From positions 1 to 64,000 of the forward strand of contig JAYGDX010000185.1 in assembly GCA_046582655.1 (NCBI GenBank): 64,000 bases of DNA. The letters are read 5' to 3'. The position numbers were made by a program, and so were the translations under genes. Every line of letters starts with the position of its first letter. Within the stretch, counting starts at the first letter, position 1. Of this stretch, positions 21,427-32,672 are shown one piece after another. The stretch is from Candidatus Poribacteria bacterium (GTDB lineage Bacteria; Poribacteria; WGA-4E; UBA9662). The notes beneath the pieces were generated by a model. That model did not search any database, was not told the DNA's origin, and was given only the letters and a program-made list of their open reading frames with translations.

Positions 21427-22764
21427 GTGATGTTGAGCTACGAAGCCGCGGCGTCTTATATTCAAACTTTCCTAAACACTGAAAAAAGCCCAGATTTTTC
21501 TAGAGACGCGCGGCGTTATAATCTTGATCGAATTACGCAACTTCTTGACAAACTTGGCAATCCTCACCAACATTTCAAAATTATTCATATCGCTGGTAGC
21601 AAGGGAAAAGGCACCACGGCCACAATAATTGCTTCGATCCTTACGCACGCTGGTTACCAGACGGGGCTGTTTACTTCACCTCACTTCATTTCTCCGCGTG
21701 AGCGATGTCAAATCGATGCTAAAATGATTTCAGAAGCTGATTTTTCGCGTTGTCTGACTCTGATCAAACCGGCGATTGAATCGGTTTCAACGAATTCATT
21801 CGGTGAAATTTCGTTTTTCGAGATTTATACAGCACTCGCGTTCTTCTACTTTGCCGATCAGCAGGTCGATTTTGCCGTTGTCGAAGTTGGGCTTGGCGGT
21901 CGACTTGATGCGACAAATATTGTTGATCCGATTATTAGTGTCATAACCCAGATTAGCCTTGAGCATACCAGAATATTAGGGGAAACACTAAAAGAGATTG
22001 CCGGTGAAAAAGCTGGAGTTATCAAGACTAATCGCTCTGTAGTGATCGCCCCGCAACCGATGCAGGTTCAATCCGTGTTTGAGAAAACATCAGCTAATCG
22101 TGGAGCGGCGGCGTGCTGGGTAAGTTTGAAGCATATTAAACGGAATAGTCAGAGTTTAAGCGGACAGTTTTTTGATTTTCAATCGGAAAACCAACTATAC
22201 AAAAATCTGTTCATTCCGCTGATCGGCGAGCATCAATTGATTAACGCCGCAGTGGCGATCTGTTGTGTTGAACAGATCCTGATGAAAATGGTGGTGGTAG
22301 ATTTGGTACATGCTCTAATTTCTGAAGGATTGAAAAAAGTCAAGCTGACTGGCCGGTTGCAGGTGGTTGAAAGAAAAACAAAGATTCTCATTGATAGTGC
22401 CCACTCACCTGCTTCATTTGAGGCACTTTGGAAAACAATTCAAGAACTATTCTGTTACAATAGGTTGATTGTGGTCATTGGACTGATGAGGGACAAAAAC
22501 CTGAAAGCAATTGGTGAAATTATGATTTCAGCTGCTGATGAAATCATCGCAACACAAGCATTTAATAACCCGCGTGTGTATCAGGCAGAGGAGATTGTGC
22601 AAGCATGGTCGGATTTTTCGATCAAGTCGATTTGCGCCATCCCTTCCGCTCACGAAGCACTTCAGGTTGCCCAATCGACCGCACGTAAATCAGATCTTAT
22701 TTGTGTAACCGGATCAATCTATCTTGCTGGTGAAGCATTGAAACTATTACAACAATCACAATAG
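21427..22764 (+). CDS. folC: Folylpolyglutamate synthase/dihydrofolate synthase
   Basis: IHIAGSKGKGT, FTSPH, EVGLGGRLDATN, DSAHSP, TGSIYLAGE. Confidence 0.95.
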   Translation: MMLSYEAAASYIQTFLNTEKSPDFSRDARRYNLDRITQLLDKLGNPHQHFKIIHIAGSKGKGTTATIIASILTHAGYQTGLFTSPHFISPRERCQIDAKMISEADFSRCLTLIKPAIESVSTNSFGEISFFEIYTALAFFYFADQQVDFAVVEVGLGGRLDATNIVDPIISVITQISLEHTRILGETLKEIAGEKAGVIKTNRSVVIAPQPMQVQSVFEKTSANRGAAACWVSLKHIKRNSQSLSGQFFDFQSENQLYKNLFIPLIGEHQLINAAVAICCVEQILMKMVVVDLVHALISEGLKKVKLTGRLQVVERKTKILIDSAHSPASFEALWKTIQELFCYNRLIVVIGLMRDKNLKAIGEIMISAADEIIATQAFNNPRVYQAEEIVQAWSDFSIKSICAIPSAHEALQVAQSTARKSDLICVTGSIYLAGEALKLLQQSQ

Positions 22765-22797
22765 TCTTTAAGAATACAAATATAAGGGGAACTTTAC

Positions 22798-25044
22798 ATG
22801 GATTTACCTGCCTTACCACTAGCGTGGTGGATAGCACCAATCGGATCGGTCGTCTCTCTCATTTTTGCTTTCATCTTCTACCGGGAAGTTATCAAACAAA
22901 GCGAAGGCACTCCAGCCATGGTTGAGATTGCGCAAGCGGTTCGAGATGGAGCGATGGCTTATCTCAAGCAACAATACAAAATTGTTGGGATTATCTTCGC
23001 TATATTGTGTTTAATCTTTTTGTTTATGGCTTTTGTGCTGAAGGCTCAAAATGAGATTATACCGTTCGCCTTTTTAACAGGTGGTTTCTTCTCTGGTCTG
23101 TGTGGCTTTTTAGGAATGAAAACCGCTACTAACGCCTCTGCACGAACAGCATGTGCAGCCCAAAGTAGTCTCAATCAGGGTTTGCGGATTTCATTTCGTG
23201 CTGGGGCCGTGATGGGACTGGTTGTCGTTGGTTTTGCCCTACTGGATATCACAGTTTGGTTTCTAGTGCTATACCATCTCTTTCCAGAGACCTTTTGGGG
23301 CGGGGCAAATCCACTTCCACAAATTACCGTCATCATGTTGAGTTTTGGTATGGGTGCATCAACTCAAGCACTGTTTGCTCGTGTGGGTGGTGGTATCTAT
23401 ACTAAAGCTGCTGACGTTGGAGCAGACTTGGTTGGAAAAGTCGAAGCTGGAATCCCAGAAGATGACCCTCGAAATCCAGCAACTATTGCCGACAACGTAG
23501 GTGACAATGTTGGTGATGTTGCTGGAATGGGCGCGGACCTTTATGAATCCTACGCTGGATCGATCTTGGCTACTGCAGCTCTTGGTGTTGCAACGGTGGC
23601 GGCAGTGGCTCCAACCGACCTTGAGCTTCAACTTAAATACCTTTCAGCCCCGATGATTATTGCCGGCATCGGTGTGTTCTTGTCCATTATTGGAATCTTC
23701 TTCGTCCGTACCAAAGAAGGTGCCTCCATGAAACAATTGATGAGTTCCCTAAACTTTGGTATTAACATCAGCTCAATTGGAATCGCTGTATTATCGCTTT
23801 TGGCACTACGCTATCTTGAATTGCCAAATGCTTGGCATATTTGGGGAGCGATTATTGCGGGCTTAGCTGCTGGGTTGATTATCGGAAAATCCACAGAATA
23901 TTATACTTCTCACGATTATAAACCAACGAAAGGGATTGCCAGCCAAGCAGAAACAGGTCCGGCAACCGTGATTATTGAGGGAATTGGCGTAGGGATGGAA
24001 TCAACCGCCATTCCGGTAATCACTATCGTCATCGCAATTGGAGTGAGTTTCTATCTTCCCGCCAGTGGACCAGATGGAAGTACGTTGATGGGACTTTACG
24101 GTGTTGGAATCGCTGCTGTTGGGATGCTGGCGACGCTCGGTATCACACTAGCTACGGATGCTTATGGCCCAATAGCTGATAATGCGGGTGGTAACGCTGA
24201 AATGGCGAGGCTTGATCCCGAAGTTCGGAACCGTACGGATCAGCTTGATTCACTGGGTAATACGACAGCTGCTACAGGTAAAGGATTCGCCATCGGTTCA
24301 GCCGCACTGACGGCATTGGCCCTTCTTGCCGCTTACCTCGAAGAAATCAGGTATAGTTTAATTCACTTAGCTAAAAAGACTACTTTAGAGATCCCAGGTG
24401 TTGGAGCGGTCGAAACCGCGAAAGTCACTATTCCACAGTTTATGTCATACTACGATGCAACATTGATGAATCCGAAAGTTTTAATTGGATTGTTCCTCGG
24501 TGCGGTAATGGCGTTCTTTTTCTGTGCACTGACGATGAAGGCGGTTGGTCGTGCTGCGGGTTCTATGGTAACAGAAGTTCGTCGACAATTCAAAGAACGA
24601 CCGGGTATTATGACGTATGAAGAAAAACCGGATTATGCCCGATGTGTTGCCATCTCAACACGCGATGCTCAACGAGAAATGATTCTGCCTTCAATCATCG
24701 CCATTGTTGTTCCGGTGATCACCGGACTCATCTTTGGTGTTGCAGGTGTGCTTGGTTTGTTAGCTGGAGGGTTGGCATCTGGATTTGTGTTGGCAATTAT
24801 GATGGCAAATGCTGGCGGAGCATGGGACAACGCAAAAAAACTGATTGAAACCGGTGAATTCGGCGGTAAGGGATCTGAAGCACATAAAGCTACTGTCGTT
24901 GGGGACACGGTCGGTGATCCATTCAAGGACACATCCGGACCATCACTTAATATTTTGATCAAATTGATGTCCATGGTATCAATTGTTTTTGCTGGGTTCA
25001 TTGTCAAATACGGAGATTTAGTTGGCACTTTGATCAACAATTAG
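22798..25044 (+). CDS. hppA: Membrane-integral K+-dependent cation-translocating pyrophosphatase
   Basis: GGGIYTKAADVGADLVGKVE, DNVGDNVGD, GNTTAA, GDTVGDPFKDTSGP. Confidence 0.97.
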   Translation: MDLPALPLAWWIAPIGSVVSLIFAFIFYREVIKQSEGTPAMVEIAQAVRDGAMAYLKQQYKIVGIIFAILCLIFLFMAFVLKAQNEIIPFAFLTGGFFSGLCGFLGMKTATNASARTACAAQSSLNQGLRISFRAGAVMGLVVVGFALLDITVWFLVLYHLFPETFWGGANPLPQITVIMLSFGMGASTQALFARVGGGIYTKAADVGADLVGKVEAGIPEDDPRNPATIADNVGDNVGDVAGMGADLYESYAGSILATAALGVATVAAVAPTDLELQLKYLSAPMIIAGIGVFLSIIGIFFVRTKEGASMKQLMSSLNFGINISSIGIAVLSLLALRYLELPNAWHIWGAIIAGLAAGLIIGKSTEYYTSHDYKPTKGIASQAETGPATVIIEGIGVGMESTAIPVITIVIAIGVSFYLPASGPDGSTLMGLYGVGIAAVGMLATLGITLATDAYGPIADNAGGNAEMARLDPEVRNRTDQLDSLGNTTAATGKGFAIGSAALTALALLAAYLEEIRYSLIHLAKKTTLEIPGVGAVETAKVTIPQFMSYYDATLMNPKVLIGLFLGAVMAFFFCALTMKAVGRAAGSMVTEVRRQFKERPGIMTYEEKPDYARCVAISTRDAQREMILPSIIAIVVPVITGLIFGVAGVLGLLAGGLASGFVLAIMMANAGGAWDNAKKLIETGEFGGKGSEAHKATVVGDTVGDPFKDTSGPSLNILIKLMSMVSIVFAGFIVKYGDLVGTLINN

Positions 25045-25074
25045 ATCAATCTTTAAATGCTGTTCTACTGTTAC

Positions 25075-25122
25075 ACATAAAAGCGGGGAATTGGGTTCAG
25101 TTAAGATTCCCCGCTTTTATGT
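25075..25122. terminator. Intrinsic terminator after the pyrophosphatase gene
   Basis: ACATAAAAGCGGGGAAT...ATTCCCCGCTTTTATGT, a 17-bp inverted repeat with A and T tracts. Confidence 0.85.
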
Positions 25123-25180
25123 TGAAAGATTCAATTGGTCATGTTAAACTCGACCCTTAAAAACTGGCAGGGATATCATA

Positions 25181-26356
25181 ATGAACGTACATGAATTTCA
25201 GGCAAAAGGGATCTTGGAATCGCATGGTGTTAACGTGCCTCGAGGAGGTGTTGCCGAAACTCCTGAGGAAGCTGAATTGATCGCTCAAGAACTTGGATCG
25301 GATCTGTTCGTCATCAAGGCACAAATTCATGCCGGTGGTCGTGGTAAAGGTGGCGGAGTTAAGTTGGCGAAGAATCCAAAGGAAGTCAGGACTCAGGCAG
25401 GATCAATTCTCGGAATGCAACTCGTCACCCCACAAACGGGTACCGGAGGTAAGCTTGTGCGGAAGGTTCTCGTGGCCGAAGCAAGTGAGATTGAAAACGA
25501 ACTCTATCTGGGTATGGTTATTGATCGCGAATCATCTTGTGTCACAATCATGGCAAGTGAAGAAGGTGGTGTTGACATTGAAACAGTTGCGTCAGAAACA
25601 CCAGAGAAGATCATAAAGGAATCAGTTGATCCGGCAGTTGGACTACAGGCATTTCAAGCACGTAAGATCATATTCGGACTAAACGTGCCGATAGATCTTG
25701 TTGGTGCCGCAACACGGCTAATTATGGGATTGTATGACGCCTTTGTTAAGTCGGACTGTTCTCTGGCTGAGATTAATCCGCTGGCAATTGTAAAAAATGG
25801 TGATGAGCACGATATTGTTGCGCTTGACGCTAAAATGAACTTTGATGATAATGCGTTGCCTCGACACAAAGATATCGAAGCAATGCGCGATCAACATGAA
25901 GAAGACTCAAGAGAACTTGAAGCAAAACAGCATGGATTAAGTTATATCAGTCTGGATGGAACTATCGGTTGTATGGTCAACGGTGCCGGTCTGGCCATGT
26001 CGACTATGGACATGATTAAATTGTACGGAGCCGAACCGGCAAATTTCCTTGATGTTGGGGGATCTGCCACGACAGAAGCCGTGGCCAACGCCTTTCGCTT
26101 AATTCTTAGCGATGAGAAAGTTGAAGCAGTACTTGTTAACATCTTCGGTGGCATTATGCAATGTGATGTTATAGCAAACGGTATCATAGAAGCAGTTAAC
26201 CAAGTCGATCTGCATGTTCCATTGGTTGTCAGACTTGAAGGTACAAATGTTGAACTTGGCCGTAAACTTCTGTCCGATTCCGGCCTAGATTTGATCACGG
26301 CTAATGGTCTCGCTGAGGCGGCTGAAAAGGTCGTTTCTGCTACTGAAAATAACTGA
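25181..26356 (+). CDS. sucC: Succinyl-CoA synthetase beta subunit
   Basis: [36 protein letters not shown]. Confidence 0.98.
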   Translation: MNVHEFQAKGILESHGVNVPRGGVAETPEEAELIAQELGSDLFVIKAQIHAGGRGKGGGVKLAKNPKEVRTQAGSILGMQLVTPQTGTGGKLVRKVLVAEASEIENELYLGMVIDRESSCVTIMASEEGGVDIETVASETPEKIIKESVDPAVGLQAFQARKIIFGLNVPIDLVGAATRLIMGLYDAFVKSDCSLAEINPLAIVKNGDEHDIVALDAKMNFDDNALPRHKDIEAMRDQHEEDSRELEAKQHGLSYISLDGTIGCMVNGAGLAMSTMDMIKLYGAEPANFLDVGGSATTEAVANAFRLILSDEKVEAVLVNIFGGIMQCDVIANGIIEAVNQVDLHVPLVVRLEGTNVELGRKLLSDSGLDLITANGLAEAAEKVVSATENN

Positions 26357-26369
26357 AGACCTTCACAGG

Positions 26370-27557
26370 ATGAGCGAAAAGATTGGACTATCCGATGTTG
26401 ATGTAAACGGAAAGAATGTTCTTGTTCGCGTCGACTTCAACGTACCGATGGATAGCAATCGAATCGTTGATGATACCAGAATTCAATCTGCATTGCCTAC
26501 CATTCTCCAGCTGATTGCTGGTGGCGCAAAAGTTATTTTAGTAACTCATCTTGGTCGACCGAAAGGTTTTGACAACAAGTTTTCAACCTTTCCGTTAGCG
26601 GAGCAATTGAGCAGGCTTCTCGGACAGCGGGTTAAACATACGGTCGATTGCATTGGGGTAGAAGTTCAAGCGGTTATCTCAGAGCTTTCAGCTGGGGATG
26701 TTTTGCTGCTGGAAAATGTGCGTTTCTACGAGGAAGAGACCAAGAACGATCCCGCCTTCGCCGAAGAACTTGCCTCCCTAGCAGATATTTATGTTAGTGA
26801 CGCATTTGGAACTGCTCACCGCGCGCACGCATCAACGGAAGGAGTCACACACTACTTTGACCAGAATGCCGCCGGATCACTCATGGAACAGGAAATTCGC
26901 TATCTTAGCAGAATTGTAAATGATCCAGATAGACCTTTTATCGCTATCATCGGTGGTGCAAAAGTGTCTGATAAGATCACCGTTATTGAAAATCTAATCA
27001 GCCAAGTTGATGAATTGATTATCGGCGGTGGTATGGCTTACACTTTCTTTAAGTCTAAAGGTATGGAGATCGGGAAATCAATCGTCGAACTAGACATGCT
27101 TGACTTGGCGCAAGATCTACTTAAAAAAGCCGAGAATCAGGGGCTTACGATTCACTTGCCGGTCGATAACGTTGTAGGTAAGGAATTTGCGCCTGATACG
27201 GAATCACAAATTGTTAAAAGTAGTCAGATCCCTAGGGATTGGGAAGGCTTTGATATTGGTCCAGAAACAGTTGAGCACTTTGGAAAGATCGTTAGTTCCG
27301 CCCAAACGGTGTTTTGGAACGGTCCCGTTGGCGTATATGAATTCGATCAATTTGCCACAGGCACTATAGAACTCGCCAAACGGATAGCTGAGTCAAATGC
27401 CACAAGTATTATTGGCGGAGGTGATTGCGTCGCCGCAGTTCATAAAGCAGGCGTTTCAACCCAAATTACCCATATTTCAACTGGAGGAGGAGCATCACTC
27501 GAGTTGATTGAAGGTAGGATCTTGCCAGGAATCGCGGCGCTTACAGATAAGCAGTAA
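26370..27557 (+). CDS. pgk: Phosphoglycerate kinase
   Basis: VRVDFNVP, HLGRP, LLENVRF, DAFGTAHRAHAS, HISTGGGASL. Confidence 0.98.
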   Translation: MSEKIGLSDVDVNGKNVLVRVDFNVPMDSNRIVDDTRIQSALPTILQLIAGGAKVILVTHLGRPKGFDNKFSTFPLAEQLSRLLGQRVKHTVDCIGVEVQAVISELSAGDVLLLENVRFYEEETKNDPAFAEELASLADIYVSDAFGTAHRAHASTEGVTHYFDQNAAGSLMEQEIRYLSRIVNDPDRPFIAIIGGAKVSDKITVIENLISQVDELIIGGGMAYTFFKSKGMEIGKSIVELDMLDLAQDLLKKAENQGLTIHLPVDNVVGKEFAPDTESQIVKSSQIPRDWEGFDIGPETVEHFGKIVSSAQTVFWNGPVGVYEFDQFATGTIELAKRIAESNATSIIGGGDCVAAVHKAGVSTQITHISTGGGASLELIEGRILPGIAALTDKQ

Positions 27558-27569
27558 AAAAGGATATAA

Positions 27570-28451
27570 ATGAGCATTCTTGTTGATAAAAATACTAAGT
27601 TGATTGTACAGGGGATTACAGGCCGAGCTGGAAGTTTTCATACGTTGCAGTGTGCCAAGTATGGCACCAACATTGTCGGCGGTGTTACACCGGGAAAAGG
27701 AGGGGAAAACGTCGAGGGGATTCCTGTCTTTGATACTGTCCATCAAGCTGTTTCTGAGGCAGGAGCGAATGTGACGATGATATACGTACCAGCGGCATTT
27801 GCAGCCGACGCGATTATGGAAGCTGTTGACATGGAAATAGAGTTAATCGTTTGTATTACCGAAGGTGTTCCTGTTCTAGATATGGTGAACGTAAAACGTT
27901 ACATGGAAGGTAAATCGTCACGCTTAATTGGCCCTAATTGTCCGGGAATTATCACCCCCGGAGAATGTAAGATCGGTATTATGCCCGGCTACATCCACAA
28001 TCCTGGTCATATTGGCATTGTCTCCAGAAGTGGAACACTGACTTACGAAGCAGTTCATCAAGTTACACAGCTGGGTCTTGGTCAATCGACGTGCGTTGGA
28101 ATAGGAGGTGACCCTGTCAATGGCACCAGTTTCGTCGACGTCTTGGAGCTCTTCGAAGCGGACGGTCAAACTGAAGCAGTAATCATTATAGGCGAAATTG
28201 GTGGGACAGCCGAAGAGAAAGCGGCCACATACGTCAAAGAACACATGAGCAAACCAGTAGTCGGCTTTATTGCCGGGCAAACAGCACCTAAAGGGAAACG
28301 AATGGGGCATGCAGGGGCAATCATATCAGGTGGGAAAGGTACAGCTGCAGAAAAGATTAAAGCGTTGGAATCTGCCAGCATCGCTGTTGCCGAGAGTCCG
28401 GCAGATATCGGCTCAACCTTACTTAATACAATTGGTACAACACGACATTGA
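27570..28451 (+). CDS. sucD: Succinyl-CoA synthetase alpha subunit
   Basis: [32 protein letters not shown] (phospho-His). Confidence 0.98.
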   Translation: MSILVDKNTKLIVQGITGRAGSFHTLQCAKYGTNIVGGVTPGKGGENVEGIPVFDTVHQAVSEAGANVTMIYVPAAFAADAIMEAVDMEIELIVCITEGVPVLDMVNVKRYMEGKSSRLIGPNCPGIITPGECKIGIMPGYIHNPGHIGIVSRSGTLTYEAVHQVTQLGLGQSTCVGIGGDPVNGTSFVDVLELFEADGQTEAVIIIGEIGGTAEEKAATYVKEHMSKPVVGFIAGQTAPKGKRMGHAGAIISGGKGTAAEKIKALESASIAVAESPADIGSTLLNTIGTTRH

Positions 28452-28452
28452 T

Positions 28453-28760
28453 CTATAGACCTAGCAAATACGATAGGAGTTGATCCTCCTCGCAGAGGTC
28501 AGGGATAATGATGTCAGCACCTGCACAATTAGATGTTCACGTTTGTTAACATTCATGTCATGAATGTTATTTCTTGTTGCGACATCGGATAAAATCACGT
28601 TCTGCAAGCCATCACGCATGAATAAAAGAAATTGTTCCGTCAAAATCTAAGGCAGCGCGACGAACCTTCCCATTCTCTACTTGACCAAGTATTTCAATTG
28701 GGAGATTACCGGCAAGAATGCCGTTTGTTTCCGTATACACCCAAACCGCATTTATGAGTT
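28453..28760 (-). pseudogene. Collapsed HAD-family hydrolase remnant
   Basis: N-terminal GKVRRAALDFDGTISFI lies next to C-terminal KREHLI / AGADIIIPDLCEEDQLLSYLLGL*. Confidence 0.65.
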
Positions 28761-28811
28761 TTCTTCCTGCCCACCGCAGCTTTTGGCAGTTTTTCTGTAT
28801 GATTAATTTTG

Positions 28812-31157
28812 TTAATCAATAACCTTTATGGCAATTGTTGGTGTTTCTTGTTCAAACTGCTGATTATTGACAGGTGCTTTACCTAACAGCTTGATATCAT
28901 AAGTGCCCAGTTTCATCTTCTTGGTTGCAGTTAATGTGATCTTAGATCTAGTTTCTCGGGGAGGGATGCTTGGAAGGGTTCCGGTTAATCCTTCGGGGAA
29001 TCCAATGGGAAAAAGATCTATCTTATCGGTAAACCCTCCCTGACGAACGACATCAATAATAATTTCGGCATTGATCTTGACTGGGCTATCAGCGCTAGTT
29101 GACTTTGGAAAAAGAAAACTCTGCTTAATAGGAGCAACGTTCAGAACAAAAGGGGCTTCAGCGATGATAAGCGGAATTGCAACCGCTGATTGTGTATGAG
29201 TTTCGTTATCAACTGATGCAGTTCCATTCACCACAATTTGGTGCGTTCCGGTTGAAGGCAACTGAGTCACGAGATCAAGTCCGATGCGCCCCTGACCAAA
29301 GTTAGCTGTAGTGAAAGTAATGACCGCACGGTTTTCTCCTACTGGTATTGAAGCATTTGAGGCACTCATATTTGCTGGTAAGCCGACCACAGAGAGGTTA
29401 ATCGGTTTATTAAACTTCCCATCTCGAGTTGCTAAAATGTGTAGTTCCACCGATTTCCCCTGTATCACGTGTATGCTGAGATCTGTTGCTTTCAAAATAT
29501 ATTTTGGTTGATCTATTACGGTTAGGTATATCGGGATGGAATTCCGTTCAACCAGGTTATGATGAATTGACCCACGTCCCCAAGCCATGGTTTTGATCAA
29601 ACCTAGATCGGCTGATATTGGCGCGGTGATGGTCACCTGAGTTTGTGTTTGATCTGGACCGATCAGAACCGGGCTTACATCGAAATCCTGTGGAAATCCG
29701 GAGAAATATAAACTGACAGCTTCACGAAACTCATCAACCCGATTAATGGAAACGGTTAAATTTGTTGTTCCTCCTCGAGCAACACGAGGATTATCAGGTG
29801 TTACAGTTAATCCGAAATCTGGTTGTAACGGCGTAATACTGAGCCGATAAGGAAAATTGATCCCACCCTGATTATTGAGATCCCGAATCGAAATTACGTA
29901 TTTGTCTTCTTTTGGAAAACTGAAATCAATTCGGGCTTCCGCACCAATAACATCATCGCTAATATTCAGTTGTTTACCTGTTGAGTCAAAAAGTGATAAT
30001 AGGGCATCCAGCTGGGATCCCAATCGGTGTGCGTTGACTTCGAAAATAAGTCGCGTCCCTGATAGAACTTGAAGAGAGAAGCAATCAATATCTTTTTTCT
30101 GGTTAATTTTTCCGTTCACTACAACAGGTATTTCAATGCTGTTCGCTTGATCTGCTGTGTTATTCGGTTCCTGCTCGCGTATCTCTTTTAGATTTCCGGC
30201 TACGAAAGTATGGGGATTTGTTGAAATCCCGGTTGCATTTACGACACGCATTTCCTGATTACCTAGAGGAGTGTCCGGTGAAATTGACATTTGAATCGTT
30301 TTAATTGGTCCAAGATTCCGACCAGTGACGGACACGGCACTTTCCGTGCCACGCTTTCCTCCAAGCGGAAAGATGGTGTCCAGATAAGGCAGCTCTCCAA
30401 CTCTGATGCGGTAAAAAAAATTGTTACCGCTTTTATAACGTAGATCGCGAATCTGTAATACATAGTCCCCTGGGACTTGGACAGTGTAATCAATCAAAGA
30501 ATCCAAACCGTTGCTGATATCGTTACTGATAACTTCCTTTCCCTCAGGATCGAAAAGCGTGAGCAAGGAATCGAGCGGAGATCCAAGTCTTGATGCGTGC
30601 ACATCGCAGATTAACCTCTGATCTTTTTTCGCTGAAAACCGGAACAGATCAAGATCATCTGTGCTTGTGATGATACCATTAACGACAGCAGGCAGTGTCA
30701 GCATATTGGCCTGATCAATCGTCGAATTGGGTTCGGTTTCGGCAATCTCCAGCAGATCGCTAACAATGAAACGCTGCGGGTTAGATACACCGTTTGCGGT
30801 CACAAGACGAAGGCTCTGAGCACCGACTGGTGTGGTCGGATCTATCGTAATCTGAACGGTGAGACGATTACTGGTTGGAATCTTTCCCGATATTCCCTGT
30901 CCATTAAACCGGACAAGCGGTTGGGCGTCAGCATGTTTAAGTTCAGCAGAAATTCCTGAACCACTAAACAAGATTTCCGTTACCTGATTAAGGTTTTGGC
31001 CTTGTAATGCTATTTCAACTGTTGTGCCACGTTGACCGGCAATCGGCGTAACGGAGGTAACCTGTGGAATTACCTGTGCTTGAATTGAACAGATTGGAAT
31101 TACCAAGCACAGCAGAACGCAACTCAAGAGCGCAATTTTACTTTGGGGATTTTGCAT
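28812..31157 (-). CDS. Exported protein with pre-peptidase C-terminal (PPC)-like repeats, planctomycete type
   Basis: Signal peptide; repeated GQRGT/GGKRGT, ETEPN/EQEPN, D.D.F.F.A and RLGSPLDS/RLGSQLDA units. Confidence 0.75.
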   Translation of the reverse strand: MQNPQSKIALLSCVLLCLVIPICSIQAQVIPQVTSVTPIAGQRGTTVEIALQGQNLNQVTEILFSGSGISAELKHADAQPLVRFNGQGISGKIPTSNRLTVQITIDPTTPVGAQSLRLVTANGVSNPQRFIVSDLLEIAETEPNSTIDQANMLTLPAVVNGIITSTDDLDLFRFSAKKDQRLICDVHASRLGSPLDSLLTLFDPEGKEVISNDISNGLDSLIDYTVQVPGDYVLQIRDLRYKSGNNFFYRIRVGELPYLDTIFPLGGKRGTESAVSVTGRNLGPIKTIQMSISPDTPLGNQEMRVVNATGISTNPHTFVAGNLKEIREQEPNNTADQANSIEIPVVVNGKINQKKDIDCFSLQVLSGTRLIFEVNAHRLGSQLDALLSLFDSTGKQLNISDDVIGAEARIDFSFPKEDKYVISIRDLNNQGGINFPYRLSITPLQPDFGLTVTPDNPRVARGGTTNLTVSINRVDEFREAVSLYFSGFPQDFDVSPVLIGPDQTQTQVTITAPISADLGLIKTMAWGRGSIHHNLVERNSIPIYLTVIDQPKYILKATDLSIHVIQGKSVELHILATRDGKFNKPINLSVVGLPANMSASNASIPVGENRAVITFTTANFGQGRIGLDLVTQLPSTGTHQIVVNGTASVDNETHTQSAVAIPLIIAEAPFVLNVAPIKQSFLFPKSTSADSPVKINAEIIIDVVRQGGFTDKIDLFPIGFPEGLTGTLPSIPPRETRSKITLTATKKMKLGTYDIKLLGKAPVNNQQFEQETPTIAIKVID

Positions 31158-31171
31158 TCTATGGTTAATGG

Positions 31172-32617
31172 TTATAAAAGTCCCAGAACTGGATCACCAC
31201 TAACCAACTCTCTTGGTTGATCAAGATGGTTCAAAACTTCAGTTTTTGGATCAATTCCCAAAGTATGATAAACCGTAGCCAGAATATCTCTTGGGTGTAC
31301 AGGATTTTCTAGCGGTGTTGAACCAGTTGCATCTGATTTTCCGTAGACTTGTCCTCCTTGGACACCTGCACCAGCAATTAATCCAGTATAACAGTAAGGC
31401 CAGTGATCCCGACCATCAGGAGAATTAGTATTACCTGAAGTACTGATACCTAATCTCGGCGATCTACCGAACTCCCCGATAGCAAGAACAAGTGTCTCAT
31501 CCAACAAACCACGTTGATCTAAGTCATCTAACAATGATGAGACTGCGCTATCCAGTTTTGGACAGTGTAGGTTTCTCAGTGGACCAAAATTAGCTGCATG
31601 AGTATCCCATGCAGTTGTATTGGGATCCCCGTTTGCAACTGATGGCCAATTCACTTGAACAAAGCGCGTACCGGCTTCAATCAACCGACGAGCTAGCAAT
31701 ACGCTTTGACCAAAAGTGTGGCGGCCATAACGGTCACGCATTTCATCCGTTTCCAGCGTTAAGTCGAATGCATTCCTGGCACGTTCAGAAAGTATGAGAT
31801 CATAGGCTTTTTCATAATATTCGTTTAAAGCGTAAGAATCAGCCACCTTTTCAAGCTCCGGCATTGCAGCATTGACAGTCTCAAGGAGGGTTGCCCGACG
31901 TTTCATTCGAGCAGCAGGGATTTCTTTCCTGAGGCTCAATTCGTCCAGCTTTACTTCCTTATTTGGGTCCTGAAAGAAAAAGTACGGATCGTAAGCTCGA
32001 CCGAGAAACCCACCTGTCCCGCCTTTGCCAATAATGTTGCTTTCTTGCATTGGACGTGGCAGTTGAACACTGGCTAACATCGGCACATCGGGTGGAAGAA
32101 ACTTGGCAATATGAGAAGCAACGTTGGGATGGTCTTTGGGTGACGGCGGATCCAGTTGGCCGGAAGGTGCAACTTTATCTGGCGTAGAACCTGTTACCAT
32201 TTGATACATGGCAGCAGTATGGTTAAACAAACCCACAGGTGTATAACTGACAGAGCGAATTAATGCTGCCTTGTCCATCTGCTTGGCCAAACGCGGCATG
32301 GTTTCAGATAGCCAGATACCGGGTACATTTGTCTTAATCGGTTTGAACTCGCCACGGACATTTGAGGGAGCGTCCGGCTTGGGATCCCAGATATCTATAT
32401 GACTAGGACCACCTTGTAAAAACATTAGAATTACCGATTTGGCTTTGCCAAAACCGTTAAGTGCTCGAGAGGGAGTAACAATTGTATTCGCTTTGGCTTG
32501 GAGCGCTAAGATCTGCGGCAGACTTATGCCAAGCATCGCGGTTCCTCCGACCCTGAGAAACTCTCGTCTAGAAACTCCGTCACACAACCTAGCTTGCTTA
32601 CCAGGAATTGATAACAT
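31172..32617 (-). CDS. DUF1501 family protein with Tat-like N-terminus
   Basis: SRREFLRVG, GGPSHIDIWDPKP, LARRLIEAG, WDTH, GEFGRSP, GRDHWP. Confidence 0.9.
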   Translation of the reverse strand: MLSIPGKQARLCDGVSRREFLRVGGTAMLGISLPQILALQAKANTIVTPSRALNGFGKAKSVILMFLQGGPSHIDIWDPKPDAPSNVRGEFKPIKTNVPGIWLSETMPRLAKQMDKAALIRSVSYTPVGLFNHTAAMYQMVTGSTPDKVAPSGQLDPPSPKDHPNVASHIAKFLPPDVPMLASVQLPRPMQESNIIGKGGTGGFLGRAYDPYFFFQDPNKEVKLDELSLRKEIPAARMKRRATLLETVNAAMPELEKVADSYALNEYYEKAYDLILSERARNAFDLTLETDEMRDRYGRHTFGQSVLLARRLIEAGTRFVQVNWPSVANGDPNTTAWDTHAANFGPLRNLHCPKLDSAVSSLLDDLDQRGLLDETLVLAIGEFGRSPRLGISTSGNTNSPDGRDHWPYCYTGLIAGAGVQGGQVYGKSDATGSTPLENPVHPRDILATVYHTLGIDPKTEVLNHLDQPRELVSGDPVLGLL

Positions 32618-32672
32618 TTCCTATCTCCTTATTGGTTCCTTATATAGTGTTAGAAAGTTTGAGTGAATTACT

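Noticed and set aside
24669..28381. Antisense ORFs over hppA, sucC and sucD (and likewise over murA and nuo genes)
   Set aside because: Shadow frames of conserved genes with no recognisable motifs.
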